64,000 nt of DNA from Synechococcaceae cyanobacterium (GTDB lineage: Bacteria > Cyanobacteriota > Cyanobacteriia > PCC-6307 > Cyanobiaceae). The stretch lies in NCBI GenBank assembly GCA_035285905.1, contig JAYKJA010000008.1, forward strand, positions 30,728 through 94,727, written 5' to 3'. Below, in pieces: positions 53,263-62,919 of this stretch. Made by a program: the position numbers and the translations under genes. A model generated the notes under the pieces. It was not told the origin of the DNA, did not search any database, and saw only the letters and a program-made list of their open reading frames with translations. Every line of letters begins with the position of its first letter. Positions within the stretch are counted from its first letter, which is position 1.

Positions 53263-55143
53263 TCACAGGCTGATGTCCTGATCGAACGCCGGGCCAGGGG
53301 CATCGCTGAAGCCGCCGGAGCTCACGACAGGGACGGCCGTGCCCTCCGCCGTGGAGTCCTCGGCTGGAATCGGCCCGGGCGAGGACGCAGTGGCCGCCGG
53401 AGCCGGCTCCACGGGCAGGGGCTCCGCTGGACTGGACTCCGCCGGCGTGAAGTCCGCAGGCGGCGGGGCGGCCTCGACCGGCGCAGGGTCCACAGCAGGG
53501 AGGATCGCCTCCGCAGCAGCGGCATCAACCGGGGAGGGCTCTGACGGATCGGGGAAGCCGGGGACGGCCTCAGGGGCCTGCCGGGCCTCTGCAGCCTGCG
53601 CTGCGCCGGGCTCCTCCGCGACGGACAACGCCACACCGTCCTCCAGGGGTGGGGAGACGGGGCTGTCGTCGTCAGTGTCAACGGCTCCCACAGGCTCGGA
53701 GACCGGCAGCTGGGGACGCTGCAGACGTGGAGCCGGGGCCGAGCCCCGCAGCCCGGCCATCCAGCTGCGACGGGCCACCTCATAAAGCAGCAGCGCCGTG
53801 GCGACGGAGGCATTGAGGCTGGGCGTGGAGCCGCGCAACGGGATGCGCACCAGCTGATCGCAGCTGCGGCGGGTCAGCAGGGACAAGCCATCCCCCTCCG
53901 AACCTGTGACCAGGACCAGCGGCCCATCCAGATCGGCCTCCTCCAGGCAGAGCGTTCCCTCGGAGGCGAGACCGATGACCCGGTAACCCTCCTGCTTGAG
54001 CGTCTCCAGTGAGCGATTGAGGTTGACCACCCGAGCCACGGGCAGATGTTCCAGCGCCCCGGCGGCCACCTTGGCCACCGATCCGGTCAGGCCGGCGCTG
54101 CGCCGTTGCGGCAACACCAGACCATGGGCTCCGAGGGCCTCGGCACTGCGCACGATCGCCCCGAGGTTCTGGGGGTCGGTGAGGCCGTCCACGGCCACCA
54201 GCAGGGAGGCCTCCCCCAGCTGCTGACAGCCTTCGATCAATCCCCGCAGGTCGAGGGTGGCGGCCGCCGCCGGCTGCAGCACGATCCCCTGGTGGACGGC
54301 TCCACCGCTGATCTGTCCCAGCCGCGCCCAGGTCACTTCCTCCACCAGCACCCCGGAGGCCTTCGCCTCGCGCAGCAGCTGCAGGAAGCGGGGGCTGAAG
54401 CGCATCTCATGGGTGCACCAGATGCGGTGGATCGGCCGGCCGGATTCGAGCGCCGCCTGGGCGCTGTGCCGGCCCCAGATCAGATCGCTGGGAGCGGCGG
54501 GAGCATGGCTTTCGGCCTGGCCCTGCAGGGCGTCCTCGCCGGGTGCGGGCGCCTGGAAGCGGGAGGGGATCCCATCGCTGCGCAGCGTCGGCCGCAGCCG
54601 TGGCCCGCGATCCGGTCGGCGGGATCCGGTTCCGGCGCCCCGCGGCGGAGCCGAGAAGGGCCGGCGCGGCGGTGGTCCGAAGCGTTCGGAGAACCGCTCG
54701 GGACCGCGCTCCGGCCGGCGATCCGAGAGACGATCGCCGGGGCGGTCGTTCGGGCGACCACCCTCCCGGCCCGGACGGCGCTCGACGCCGCGGGCCTCCC
54801 CCTGGAAGGGGGCCCGGCGGGGTGTGAACGGCCGATCACGACCTGCTGCATCGGGCCGGCGACGCTCGGGGCGGGGCGAGCCGGAGGGCGCCTCACCCCA
54901 GGGGCGCTCGCCCTGGGCGGGGGCAGCCCCCGGGGAGCCGGGGAAGCGTCGTCGCCGGCTGGTGGAGGGGGCACTGCTCCAGCGGCCGGGGCGACGGGGG
55001 GATCCGGGGCGGTCGGACGGGGGGCCGGAACGGCCATCGCGGCCAGCGGCGGCATCGCCCCGCCCCCCCGCGCGGCGCTCGAAACGGCGCTCGAAGGGAC
55101 CTTCGGCCGAGCGATCGGAACGGCGCTCAGGAGGATGGCTCAT
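53263..55143 (-). CDS. rlmB: 23S rRNA (G2251)-2'-O-methyltransferase with long disordered extensions
   Basis: IWGRH, HQG, DPQNLGAIVRSA, GSEGDG, SLNASVA. Confidence 0.94.
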   Translation of the reverse strand: MSHPPERRSDRSAEGPFERRFERRAGGRGDAAAGRDGRSGPPSDRPGSPRRPGRWSSAPSTSRRRRFPGSPGAAPAQGERPWGEAPSGSPRPERRRPDAAGRDRPFTPRRAPFQGEARGVERRPGREGGRPNDRPGDRLSDRRPERGPERFSERFGPPPRRPFSAPPRGAGTGSRRPDRGPRLRPTLRSDGIPSRFQAPAPGEDALQGQAESHAPAAPSDLIWGRHSAQAALESGRPIHRIWCTHEMRFSPRFLQLLREAKASGVLVEEVTWARLGQISGGAVHQGIVLQPAAAATLDLRGLIEGCQQLGEASLLVAVDGLTDPQNLGAIVRSAEALGAHGLVLPQRRSAGLTGSVAKVAAGALEHLPVARVVNLNRSLETLKQEGYRVIGLASEGTLCLEEADLDGPLVLVTGSEGDGLSLLTRRSCDQLVRIPLRGSTPSLNASVATALLLYEVARRSWMAGLRGSAPAPRLQRPQLPVSEPVGAVDTDDDSPVSPPLEDGVALSVAEEPGAAQAAEARQAPEAVPGFPDPSEPSPVDAAAAEAILPAVDPAPVEAAPPPADFTPAESSPAEPLPVEPAPAATASSPGPIPAEDSTAEGTAVPVVSSGGFSDAPGPAFDQDISL

Positions 55144-55594
55144 GGACGGGGTGACAGGCGGAGGAGTCGGTCTTCTCAAGCTGATCCAGCAGCACGGCCA
55201 GACGCTGGGGATTGGTCAGGAAGAGCCATCCCAGCATCGTCTCAAATCCCGTGGCCTGCCCATAACGTGCGGCATCCCCGTGCCGCGGTCCGCGGCCGGC
55301 CCGGTTGCGCCCGCGCCGCACCCAGTCGCGCTCACGTGCATCGAGCAGGGGCTCGAGCCGTTGCAGGGCCTCGGCCTGGGCCTCCGCCCGCACGGTCTGG
55401 ACCACCGCCTGGTGCAGGGCAGCAGAGCGCGCCGGCAGGTGGCAGTGGCGCAACCTCTGATGCAGTTCCCACACCGCATCTCCCAGCCAGGCCAGCTGCA
55501 GTGGACCAAGCTCCGGCCCATCGGTCCGCGCTGCCAGGCCGGTGAGCCAGTCGCCTGGGCCAGGCCTGGGTTCAGGCGGCGGCGAGACTGCCAA
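55127..55594 (-). CDS. mrnC: Mini-ribonuclease III
   Basis: LAWLGDAVWEL, RRGRN, ATGFETMLG; start uncertain. Confidence 0.92.
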   Translation of the reverse strand: MAVSPPPEPRPGPGDWLTGLAARTDGPELGPLQLAWLGDAVWELHQRLRHCHLPARSAALHQAVVQTVRAEAQAEALQRLEPLLDARERDWVRRGRNRAGRGPRHGDAARYGQATGFETMLGWLFLTNPQRLAVLLDQLEKTDSSACHPVHEPSS

Positions 55595-55958
55595 GCGCGG
55601 TGTCGAGGTCGGGCTGGAGGTGCAGGAACTCCTCAAGCCGCACGAGCTTGATCGTCTGAACGACCCTGGCGTTGCCGACGATCACGAACGGCGCCTTGGC
55701 GGTATTGCGGTCCTTGGCCAGCTGCACCAGGGCACCAAGGCCGGAGGAGTCGATGAAATCGATGCGGCTGAGATCGAGCACGATCGGGTGCCTGGGCTCC
55801 CGGACCTGGCCCTGGATGAAGTCGCTGAACTGCTTGTCGGAGTAGGCGTCAAGCTGGCCGGTGAAGCTGAACAGCAGACACTCGGGCCTCCGCTCGCAGC
55901 CCCCACGCAGAGATACGGTCAGTCGCTGCAGGTCGTTGATCGATCCAGCCCCCGTCAT
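55572..55958 (-). CDS. STAS-domain anti-sigma factor antagonist
   Basis: GQLDA, DLSRIDFIDSSGLGALV. Confidence 0.92.
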   Translation of the reverse strand: MTGAGSINDLQRLTVSLRGGCERRPECLLFSFTGQLDAYSDKQFSDFIQGQVREPRHPIVLDLSRIDFIDSSGLGALVQLAKDRNTAKAPFVIVGNARVVQTIKLVRLEEFLHLQPDLDTALGSLAAA

Positions 55959-56053
55959 GGCGCTCGCGTGGAAGTGTAGAGAGCATGAAGGCCTCTGCAG
56001 ATTTCGCAACAAAACCGTATCGACTGCGACAGTTGCGTGCAGTTGCCCCGGAT

Positions 56054-57190
56054 TCAGCGGCGCCGGGCCATCAGCGCCACGAAGCGGGCGAAGTGATGGT
56101 CCGCATCGTGGGGGCCGGGACTGGCTTCCGGGTGGTATTGCACGCCGAACACCGGCTGATCGCGCAGGGCCAGAGCCGCCACGGTGCGGTCGTTGAGGTT
56201 CAGGTGAGTGACCTCCACCCGCTCCGGCAGGGAGGAAGCCTCAAGGGCGAAACCGTGGTTCTGGCTGGTGATCTCCACCACGCCGGCCCCACCGCAGGGG
56301 TGGTTGAGCCCGCGGTGGCCGTAACCCAGCTTGAAGCTGCGGCCTCCCAGGGCAAGCCCGAGGATCTGGTGGCCCAGACAGATGCCGAAGAGGGGAAGAT
56401 CCTGCTGCTGCAGCAGGTCACGCGCCAGGGCGATGCCGGAGTGAACCGCGGCGGGATCTCCGGGACCGTTGGAAAGGAACACCCCCTCGGGCTGCTCGGC
56501 CAGGACCTGGGCCAGGCCGGAATCGGCGGGAAGCACCGTCACCTCACAGCCATGGGCCACCAACCGATCGAGGATGGCGCGCTTGATGCCGAAATCGATC
56601 GCCACCACCCGGTAGGGCCGGGCCGGCGGGGCCATGGCACGGGCGTCGAAGGAGGCGGCGCAGAGGCTGTTCCAGCGGTACGGAACGCTGGTGCTCACCG
56701 TGGCGGCCAGGTTGAGCCCCTGCATGGAGGGGGCCTGCCGCACCTGCTGGAGCACCGCGGCCGGGGCGGAGCCGTCGCTGCAGATGGCCCCGTTGATCGC
56801 GCCGCCCTCGCGCAGGTGGCGCACCAGGGCACGGGTGTCCACGCCCAGAATGCCGACGACCCCGTGGCGCTGCAGCCAGTGCTCCAGGTCCTCCTCGCTG
56901 CGCCAGTTGCTGGATCGCGGAGCCAGCTGGCGGGCCACGACGCCGCGCACGTGGGGATGGTCAGCCTCCTGATCGCTGGCGTTGACGCCGGTGTTGCCCA
57001 GTTCGGGATACGTGAAGGTGACCAGCTGCCCGGAATAGCTCGGGTCGGTCATCACCTCCTGATACCCGGTCATGCCGGTGTTGAACACCACCTCACCGAT
57101 CGCCAGGCCGCGGGCCCCGAAGGCCCGACCCTGCAGCAGCGTGCCATCGGCCAGCACGAGCAGGGCTCCGTCGCGCGCTGAATCAGGCAA
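56054..57190 (-). CDS. carA: carbamoyl-phosphate synthase small subunit
   Basis: [40 protein letters not shown]. Confidence 0.99.
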   Translation of the reverse strand: MPDSARDGALLVLADGTLLQGRAFGARGLAIGEVVFNTGMTGYQEVMTDPSYSGQLVTFTYPELGNTGVNASDQEADHPHVRGVVARQLAPRSSNWRSEEDLEHWLQRHGVVGILGVDTRALVRHLREGGAINGAICSDGSAPAAVLQQVRQAPSMQGLNLAATVSTSVPYRWNSLCAASFDARAMAPPARPYRVVAIDFGIKRAILDRLVAHGCEVTVLPADSGLAQVLAEQPEGVFLSNGPGDPAAVHSGIALARDLLQQQDLPLFGICLGHQILGLALGGRSFKLGYGHRGLNHPCGGAGVVEITSQNHGFALEASSLPERVEVTHLNLNDRTVAALALRDQPVFGVQYHPEASPGPHDADHHFARFVALMARRR

Positions 57191-57214
57191 GGATCGGGCA
57201 GCAGCTGCTCTGAA

Positions 57215-58258
57215 TCATCCCCCAGGGGCCGTGCTGAGGGCGGCGCGCAGGGCCAGCAGCCGCTGCCAGGGTTCTCCCGCCGCCAGGGCGTTTCGCGCCT
57301 GCGGAACGGCGGCCTCGACGCTGGCGCAGGCACCCGCCGCCCAGAGGACCAGCGCCGTGTTGAGGATCACCACATCCCGCTGGGCGTCGCTGCCGCCTCC
57401 CTGGAGCACGGCCTCCAGAATCGCCGCGTTTTCATCCGGGTCCCCTCCCTTCAGGGCGCTGTTGGGAGCGGGCTGCAGTCCCAGCTGCAGAGGCGAGAGC
57501 TCGAGCGACCGGATCACGCCGTTCTCCAGCAGTCGCAGAGCGTTGTTGCCCGCGAGCGAGGCCTCATCCAGTCCACCCTGGCCATGCACCACGACCCCCC
57601 GTTGCAGTCCGAGATGCTGCAGGGCCTCGATCATCGGATCGAGCAGCTCCGGGCTGGCCACCCCCACCACCTGGGCCTGCGGCTGCAGCGGATTGACCAG
57701 GGGGCCGAGCAGGTTGAACACGGTGCGCACCCCGAGACTGCGACGCAGACCGGCAAGGTTGACCATGGCCGGATGCCAGGCCGGGGCGAACAGAAAGCTC
57801 ACCCCCACCTGCGGGAGTGCCGCCACCACCTGCTGCGGCGGAGCCGAAAGCGCCAGTCCGAGCCTCTCCAGGACATCGGCCGAGCCGACCCGACCGCTGG
57901 CGCTGCGGTTGCCGTGCTTGGCCACCGTCACGCCGCAGGCAGCGGCCGTGAAGGCCACGGCGGTGGAGATGTTGAAGCTGTCGGAGCCGTCACCCCCCGT
58001 CCCGCAGGTGTCGACCAGCGGCATGGGCGGCAGCTCGCAGGGGAGAGTGCAGACGCGGCGCAGCTCCTGAGCCATGGCCGCCAGGGCCTGACCATCGGGG
58101 GGACGGCAGCGCAGCGCCGCCAGGAAGGCTCCGGTCTGCACCGGCTCGAGCAGGCCCTGGAGCCAGGCCGCCATCAGGGCGGAGGCCTCGGCGGCGGCGA
58201 GGGGCCTGCCCTGGAGCAGGCGCTCCAGCAGGGCCGGCCAGGAAGGGGAATCAGCCAT
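57215..58258 (-). CDS. trpD: anthranilate phosphoribosyltransferase
   Basis: DTCGTGGDG, FNIST, KHGNRS, FNLLGPL. Confidence 0.98.
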   Translation of the reverse strand: MADSPSWPALLERLLQGRPLAAAEASALMAAWLQGLLEPVQTGAFLAALRCRPPDGQALAAMAQELRRVCTLPCELPPMPLVDTCGTGGDGSDSFNISTAVAFTAAACGVTVAKHGNRSASGRVGSADVLERLGLALSAPPQQVVAALPQVGVSFLFAPAWHPAMVNLAGLRRSLGVRTVFNLLGPLVNPLQPQAQVVGVASPELLDPMIEALQHLGLQRGVVVHGQGGLDEASLAGNNALRLLENGVIRSLELSPLQLGLQPAPNSALKGGDPDENAAILEAVLQGGGSDAQRDVVILNTALVLWAAGACASVEAAVPQARNALAAGEPWQRLLALRAALSTAPGG

Positions 58259-58456
58259 CAACCGGACGACGTCGCAGCCACGAACGCTACGAGCAACGGG
58301 TCGGCCGGGGAGGCGCGTGGCGGACTCCGGGCCGGGCTGCGGGGGCCCCGGGGGCGCGCCGGAGCGAGCGTCACCGAGCACCACCCGCCGCCTGCTGACC
58401 CCAGACAGCGCAAGGGGTCCGGGCCGTCCACCCGGTCAGCTCAGCGCCGCCGGGTC

Positions 58457-58489
58457 AAAAAAAAGCCCGGGTGTGAAGACACGCCGGGC
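58457..58489 (-). terminator. rho-independent terminator
   Basis: GCCCGGcGUGU-CUUC-ACACCCGGGC followed by U8 on the minus strand. Confidence 0.85.
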
Positions 58490-58585
58490 CGGGTGATGGG
58501 GACTTTTCCACTATCCCCCGAAGCAGGCCGATCTGGCGATCCGTCAGCGAATCCGATCGGCACCCGCCAGGGCTGGCTCCGGGCC

Positions 58586-58891
58586 TCACGGGGCGTCGTC
58601 CGCAGCCGTATCAAAACCGGATCCGACCGCCTCGGCCGCCGTGGGAGCGGGGCGGAAGCCGGCGGCCCAGATCTCGCGGGTGCGGGCGAAGAGGGCGGGA
58701 CGATCGAGCTGCCAGAGGCGCAGGATCCGCTCGAGGTCGTCGCGGATGTCGCGGGCGCCAGGGAAACCGTCGAAGCGCAGCAGCAGGCGGGCGGCATCCA
58801 CCAGATGAGGATCCGCCGGTTGGTTCACCGCCAGCAACCGATCGACGATCTCGCGGTCACTGGCCTGCAGGGGGTGGTTCTGGTCCTCCAT
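58586..58891 (-). CDS. DUF3288 family protein
   Basis: QNHPL...DR.IVD.L, ARL..RF.GFPGA.DI, LFARTREIW. Confidence 0.85.
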   Translation of the reverse strand: MEDQNHPLQASDREIVDRLLAVNQPADPHLVDAARLLLRFDGFPGARDIRDDLERILRLWQLDRPALFARTREIWAAGFRPAPTAAEAVGSGFDTAADDAP

Positions 58892-58954
58892 CGGCCGGGT
58901 TCTGCTGGAGGGGCCCCGGTAGGGTAAACATCCAGGCCGCTGTCCGACCTCGCC

Positions 58955-60700
58955 ATGGCAGCCCTGCGGCTCGACCTGATCCGGCGCCACCTGCGCCCCC
59001 ACCGACGCCAGGTGCTGCTCGGAGCCGCAGCGCTGGTGGTGGTCAACCTGCTGGGGGTGGCGCTGCCGCTGCTGGTGCGCACGGTGGTCAACGAGCTCAG
59101 GCCCGGCTTCGCCCTGCACGACCTGCTGGGGGACGCCCTGCTGCTGGTCGCCCTGGCCAGCCTGATGGGTCTGGTGCGCCTCGCCTCCCGGATGCTGGTG
59201 TTCGGCGTCGGCCGGCAGGTGGAGGCGGATCTCAAGCAGCGCATCTTCGACCACCTGCTGCGTCAGGAGCCCGGCTGGGTGCAGAGCACCGGCAGCGGTG
59301 AGGTGATCAGCCGCGCCACCAGCGATGTGGAGAACGTGCGGCGCCTGCTGGGCTTCGCCGTGCTGAGCCTGACCAACACGGTGCTGGCCTACGCCCTGAC
59401 GCTTCCGGCGATGCTGCTGATCGATCCCGGGCTGAGCCTGGCGGCGATCGCCGTCTACCCGGTGATGCTGATGACGGTGCGCCTGTTCGGTGGCCGGATG
59501 ATGCGGCAGCAGCGGGTCCAGCAGCAGTCCCTGGCCGGCCTGAGCGATCTGGTGCAGGAAGACCTCTCGGGCATCGCCGCGATCAAGATCTACGGCCAGG
59601 AACGGCGCGAGCTGCTCTCGTTCTCCCAGCGCAACCGGCGCTATCGCGATGCGGCCCTCGATCTGGCCCGCAGCCGCAGCACCCTGTTCCCGCTGCTGGA
59701 GGGCCTCTCCTCCATCAGCCTGCTGCTGCTGCTGGGCCTGGGCAGCAGCCAGCTGGCCAGCGGCAGGCTCAGCATCGGCGATCTGGTGGGCCTGATCCTC
59801 TATGTGGAACGGCTGGTGTTCCCCACCGCCCTGCTGGGCTTCACCCTCAGCACCTTCCAGACCGGTCAGGTGAGCCTGGAGAGGGTGGAGGAACTGCTGG
59901 AGCGTCAGCCGGCGATCGTCTCCCCCCCCGTGCCCACGCCGGCCCCGCAGCATCCGGCCGGCGTGATCGAGGCCCGCGGCCTGACGGTCCACTATCCCGG
60001 CAGTGCCAGGCCCGCTCTGGACGATCTCAGCTTCCGCATCGACTCGGGGGAGATCCTGGCCATCGTCGGCCCGATCGGCTGCGGCAAGACCACCCTGGCG
60101 CGGGCGCTGGGTCGCATGGTGGAGGTGGAGTCCGGCCAGCTGTTCCTCGACGGGGTCGACGTCACGCGGCTGGATCTGGGCGCCCTGCGCGCCCAGGTGG
60201 CCCTGGTGCCCCAGGAGGGGTTCCTGTTCACCGCCAGCCTGGCCGACAACCTGCGCTATGGCGACCCCCAGGCGAGCGAGGAGCAGGTGGTTCAGGCAGC
60301 GCGGCAGGCCCGGCTGGAGGACGACATCAAGGGCTTCCCGGACGGCTACGCCACGCTGGTGGGAGAACGGGGGATCACCCTCAGCGGGGGCCAGCGCCAG
60401 CGAACGGCCCTGGGGCGTGCCCTGCTGCTGGAGTCCCCCGTGCTGGTGCTCGACGATGCCCTGGCCAGTGTCGACAACAGCACCGCCGCCGCGATCCTGG
60501 CCTCGGTGCGCCGGCAGCAGCGCCGCACCGTGGTGATGATCAGCCACCAGCTCTCCGCCGCCGCGGCCTGCGATCGCATCCTGGTGCTGGACGAAGGCCG
60601 CCTGGTGCAGCAGGGTCACCATGACGAGCTGATGGCCGAGGACGGCACCTACCGCCGGTTGTGGGAGCGGGAGCAGGTCGATCGCCTGCAGGCCGCCTGA
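58955..60700 (+). CDS. ABC exporter, fused permease/ATPase (MdlA/MsbA-like)
   Basis: TM domain, GPIGCGKTT, LSGGQRQR, LDDALASVD. Confidence 0.95.
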   Translation: MAALRLDLIRRHLRPHRRQVLLGAAALVVVNLLGVALPLLVRTVVNELRPGFALHDLLGDALLLVALASLMGLVRLASRMLVFGVGRQVEADLKQRIFDHLLRQEPGWVQSTGSGEVISRATSDVENVRRLLGFAVLSLTNTVLAYALTLPAMLLIDPGLSLAAIAVYPVMLMTVRLFGGRMMRQQRVQQQSLAGLSDLVQEDLSGIAAIKIYGQERRELLSFSQRNRRYRDAALDLARSRSTLFPLLEGLSSISLLLLLGLGSSQLASGRLSIGDLVGLILYVERLVFPTALLGFTLSTFQTGQVSLERVEELLERQPAIVSPPVPTPAPQHPAGVIEARGLTVHYPGSARPALDDLSFRIDSGEILAIVGPIGCGKTTLARALGRMVEVESGQLFLDGVDVTRLDLGALRAQVALVPQEGFLFTASLADNLRYGDPQASEEQVVQAARQARLEDDIKGFPDGYATLVGERGITLSGGQRQRTALGRALLLESPVLVLDDALASVDNSTAAAILASVRRQQRRTVVMISHQLSAAAACDRILVLDEGRLVQQGHHDELMAEDGTYRRLWEREQVDRLQAA

Positions 60701-60793
60701 ATCGCCACGGCCCGATCGGCCCCAACGAGTTGTTGAGGGAGACTGCGCAGGGGCCCGGAGCTCGCCAGGGTGAGGGTCCGCTGTGCCGGCCCC

Positions 60794-61072
60794 ATGGCTC
60801 CGACCCCTCTGCAGGCGAACCAGTCCCTTGAGGTGCGCTGCACCCTCACCTTCGGAGATATCTACGGCCAGATCCTGATCTGGATGGGCGTGATCTTCGC
60901 CAGCCTGGCGGCCGGGCTGGCCCTGATGGGCACCAGCCGCCCCCTCTTCGCCCTGGTGGGGGTGGGGCTGATCCTGGTGTTGTCTCTGCCGTTTCTGCTG
61001 TTCGCCTTCACGACGACCCTGCTGAACCACATCGCCCTGGTGGCGGCGCCACCCCGCAGCGGCGACAACTAG
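60794..61072 (+). CDS. two-TM cyanobacterial hypothetical protein
   Basis: CTLTFGDIYGQIL.W...LSLPFLLFAFTTTLLNHI. Confidence 0.8.
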   Translation: MAPTPLQANQSLEVRCTLTFGDIYGQILIWMGVIFASLAAGLALMGTSRPLFALVGVGLILVLSLPFLLFAFTTTLLNHIALVAAPPRSGDN

Positions 61073-61098
61073 GCTCGCCGGCACTGATTCCCTGCGAC

Positions 61099-61803
61099 GT
61101 GTACGGACTGTTCGGAGCGAAGCCCGATGCCCCCGGCGCCCTCACCCATGCGGTGCTCGGCACGCCCATCCAGCAGCCGGTGGGCCCCGACCAGGGGGAG
61201 GCCCTGTTCGGCTGCGGATGCTTCTGGGGGGCGGAAAAGGGGTTCTGGCGGTTGCCCGGAGTCGTGACCACCGCCGTGGGGTATGCCGGTGGCCGCACGC
61301 CATCCCCGACCTACAACCAGGTCTGCAGCGGCGGCACGGGGCACGCCGAGGTGGTCCGGGTGGTGTGGGACCGGCAGCAACTGGGGTTCAGCGATCTGCT
61401 GCGGCTGTTCTGGGAATGCCATGACCCCACCCAGGGCGACAGGCAGGGCAACGACCGGGGCAGCCAGTACCGCTCTGCCCTCTACGTCGACGATCCGGCC
61501 CTGATGGAGCTGGCCCTGGCGAGCCGGGATCACTACGGGACCCTCCTGGCCGCGGCGGGTTTCGGGCCGATCACCACCGAGATCGCCAGCGACAGGGAGT
61601 TTCATTTCGCCGAGCCCTATCACCAGCAGTACCTGGCCAAGCCGGGCAGCCGGCCGTACTGTTCCGCCCAGCCGTCCCAGGTGCCCCTGGGGGCCTTTCC
61701 CGGCAGCCGCTTTTTGTTGCCGGAGAGCGTCTGGAGCCACTACGACTGGTCGATCTCCCACTGCATCCTGCGCGGTGACAACACCCCCATCCGCCTGAGC
61801 TGA
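61099..61803 (+). CDS. msrA: peptide methionine sulfoxide reductase A
   Basis: GCFWG, GYAGG, TGHAE, HDPT, QYRS, AEPYHQQYL. Confidence 0.97.
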   Translation: MYGLFGAKPDAPGALTHAVLGTPIQQPVGPDQGEALFGCGCFWGAEKGFWRLPGVVTTAVGYAGGRTPSPTYNQVCSGGTGHAEVVRVVWDRQQLGFSDLLRLFWECHDPTQGDRQGNDRGSQYRSALYVDDPALMELALASRDHYGTLLAAAGFGPITTEIASDREFHFAEPYHQQYLAKPGSRPYCSAQPSQVPLGAFPGSRFLLPESVWSHYDWSISHCILRGDNTPIRLS

Positions 61804-61809
61804 GCCGCG

Positions 61810-62142
61810 ATGAGCCCCTCCCTGCTGAGTGTCGGCATCGCGATGTTGATGCCTTCCCTGGTGGCGATCGACTCCCCCTGGTGGGAGAACTACGACGCCA
61901 AGGACAGATATCTCTGCAATGACCGTATGGTCGTGGTGATTGAGCGCAACGAGGCTCAGGCCTCCCTGTTCACCCGTGGCATGCGCAGCACCCTGTTCCG
62001 CGACAACCAGTCCAGTGCCGGTCTTCTCTATCGCAACGACGTGTTCAAGGTGGTGCTGAAGGGGGATGAACTGATGCTGGACCAATCGAGGATCGACCCG
62101 TTCAACCCGCGCATCACCTGCGTCCGCACCGAGGACGCATGA
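61810..62142 (+). CDS. exported protein with MliC/PliC-like pattern
   Basis: Hydrophobic N-terminus; YLC..SSAGLLY..KGDE..C. Confidence 0.7.
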   Translation: MSPSLLSVGIAMLMPSLVAIDSPWWENYDAKDRYLCNDRMVVVIERNEAQASLFTRGMRSTLFRDNQSSAGLLYRNDVFKVVLKGDELMLDQSRIDPFNPRITCVRTEDA

Positions 62143-62315
62143 CGCCCCTGCCCGATCGTGTCGTGATCACCACCCTCGTTCTCACGGTGCTGATCTGCTT
62201 TGCCCTGGCCGCCTGGGCCGTGCGCCTTGCGCCGCCCCAGGACCATCCCCTGATCTGGCGCGACTCCGCCCCGCCGGCCCGCACCGCCCCGCCACTGCCG
62301 GCGGACGCCGTCTGA
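62139..62315 (+). CDS. 58-aa single-TM protein (not in the ORF track)
   Basis: MTPLPDRVVITTLVLTVLICFALAAWAVRLAPPQDHPLIWRD...; ATGA overlap upstream and TGATG overlap downstream. Confidence 0.7.
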   Translation: MTPLPDRVVITTLVLTVLICFALAAWAVRLAPPQDHPLIWRDSAPPARTAPPLPADAV

Positions 62316-62680
62316 TGGACGGATACGAGGACCGGGACGACCCCCCGTCACCGCCACCCAGCCGGCAGCTCCACCCCCTGCCGCGGGGCCTGGTCGAGCT
62401 CTACGGCCTGCTGGCGGTGCTGTTCGTGCTGGTGCCGGAATGGATGGCCGGTGGAGCCCTGATCGGCTTCCGGGAGGGTCGGCAAGGGGCCGACCTGCCG
62501 GTGACGGCCCTGGCCTGGAGGAAGCTGCCGGAGCTGCGGCTGGCCGCCATGAGCCTGCAGGAGCTGCGCCGGCTGGCCGCCCAGCTGCGTCTCAGCGGCT
62601 ATGGCCGGCTCAACCGGGATCAGCTGACGGCGCGCCTGCTGCGCCGCCTGCCCCCTCCCCCTCCGGCAACCCCGCTGTGA
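62315..62680 (+). CDS. membrane protein with Rho-N-like C-terminal motif
   Basis: TM LYGLLAVLFVLV; LAAMSLQELRRLAAQLRLSGYGRLNRDQL. Confidence 0.72.
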   Translation: MDGYEDRDDPPSPPPSRQLHPLPRGLVELYGLLAVLFVLVPEWMAGGALIGFREGRQGADLPVTALAWRKLPELRLAAMSLQELRRLAAQLRLSGYGRLNRDQLTARLLRRLPPPPPATPL

Positions 62681-62695
62681 TAACTTCATTCCTGC

Positions 62696-62769
62696 CGGGG
62701 CGTAGCGCAGCTTGGTAGCGCACCACTTTGGGGTAGTGGGGGTCGTGGGTTCAAATCCCGCCGCTCCGA
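62696..62769 (+). tRNA. tRNA-Pro (GGG)
   Basis: Acceptor CGGGGCG/CGCTCCG, D-loop AGCTTGGTA, anticodon arm CCACT-TTGGGGT-AGTGG, T-loop GTTCAAATC; CCA not encoded. Confidence 0.97.
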
Positions 62770-62799
62770 TGGCAATCTGATTCAGTGAATCCCCGCTCT

Positions 62800-62827
62800 G
62801 CCGTTTCTGCAAAGGAACGGCTTTTTT
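62800..62827 (+). terminator. rho-independent terminator after the tRNA
   Basis: gccgtttct-gcaa-aggaacggc followed by T6. Confidence 0.85.
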
Positions 62828-62919
62828 GTCTTTGCCGCAGTGTCCGCAGCCCGGCTGTTCAGGCCCCTGGCCGCGTGTTCACACCATCGGGCACACAATC
62901 GGCAGGGACACAGCCCTGA

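Noticed and set aside
58259-58585. Trp attenuator upstream of trpD
   Set aside because: No Trp-rich leader peptide or T-box seen; trpD has its own -10 candidate downstream of the terminator
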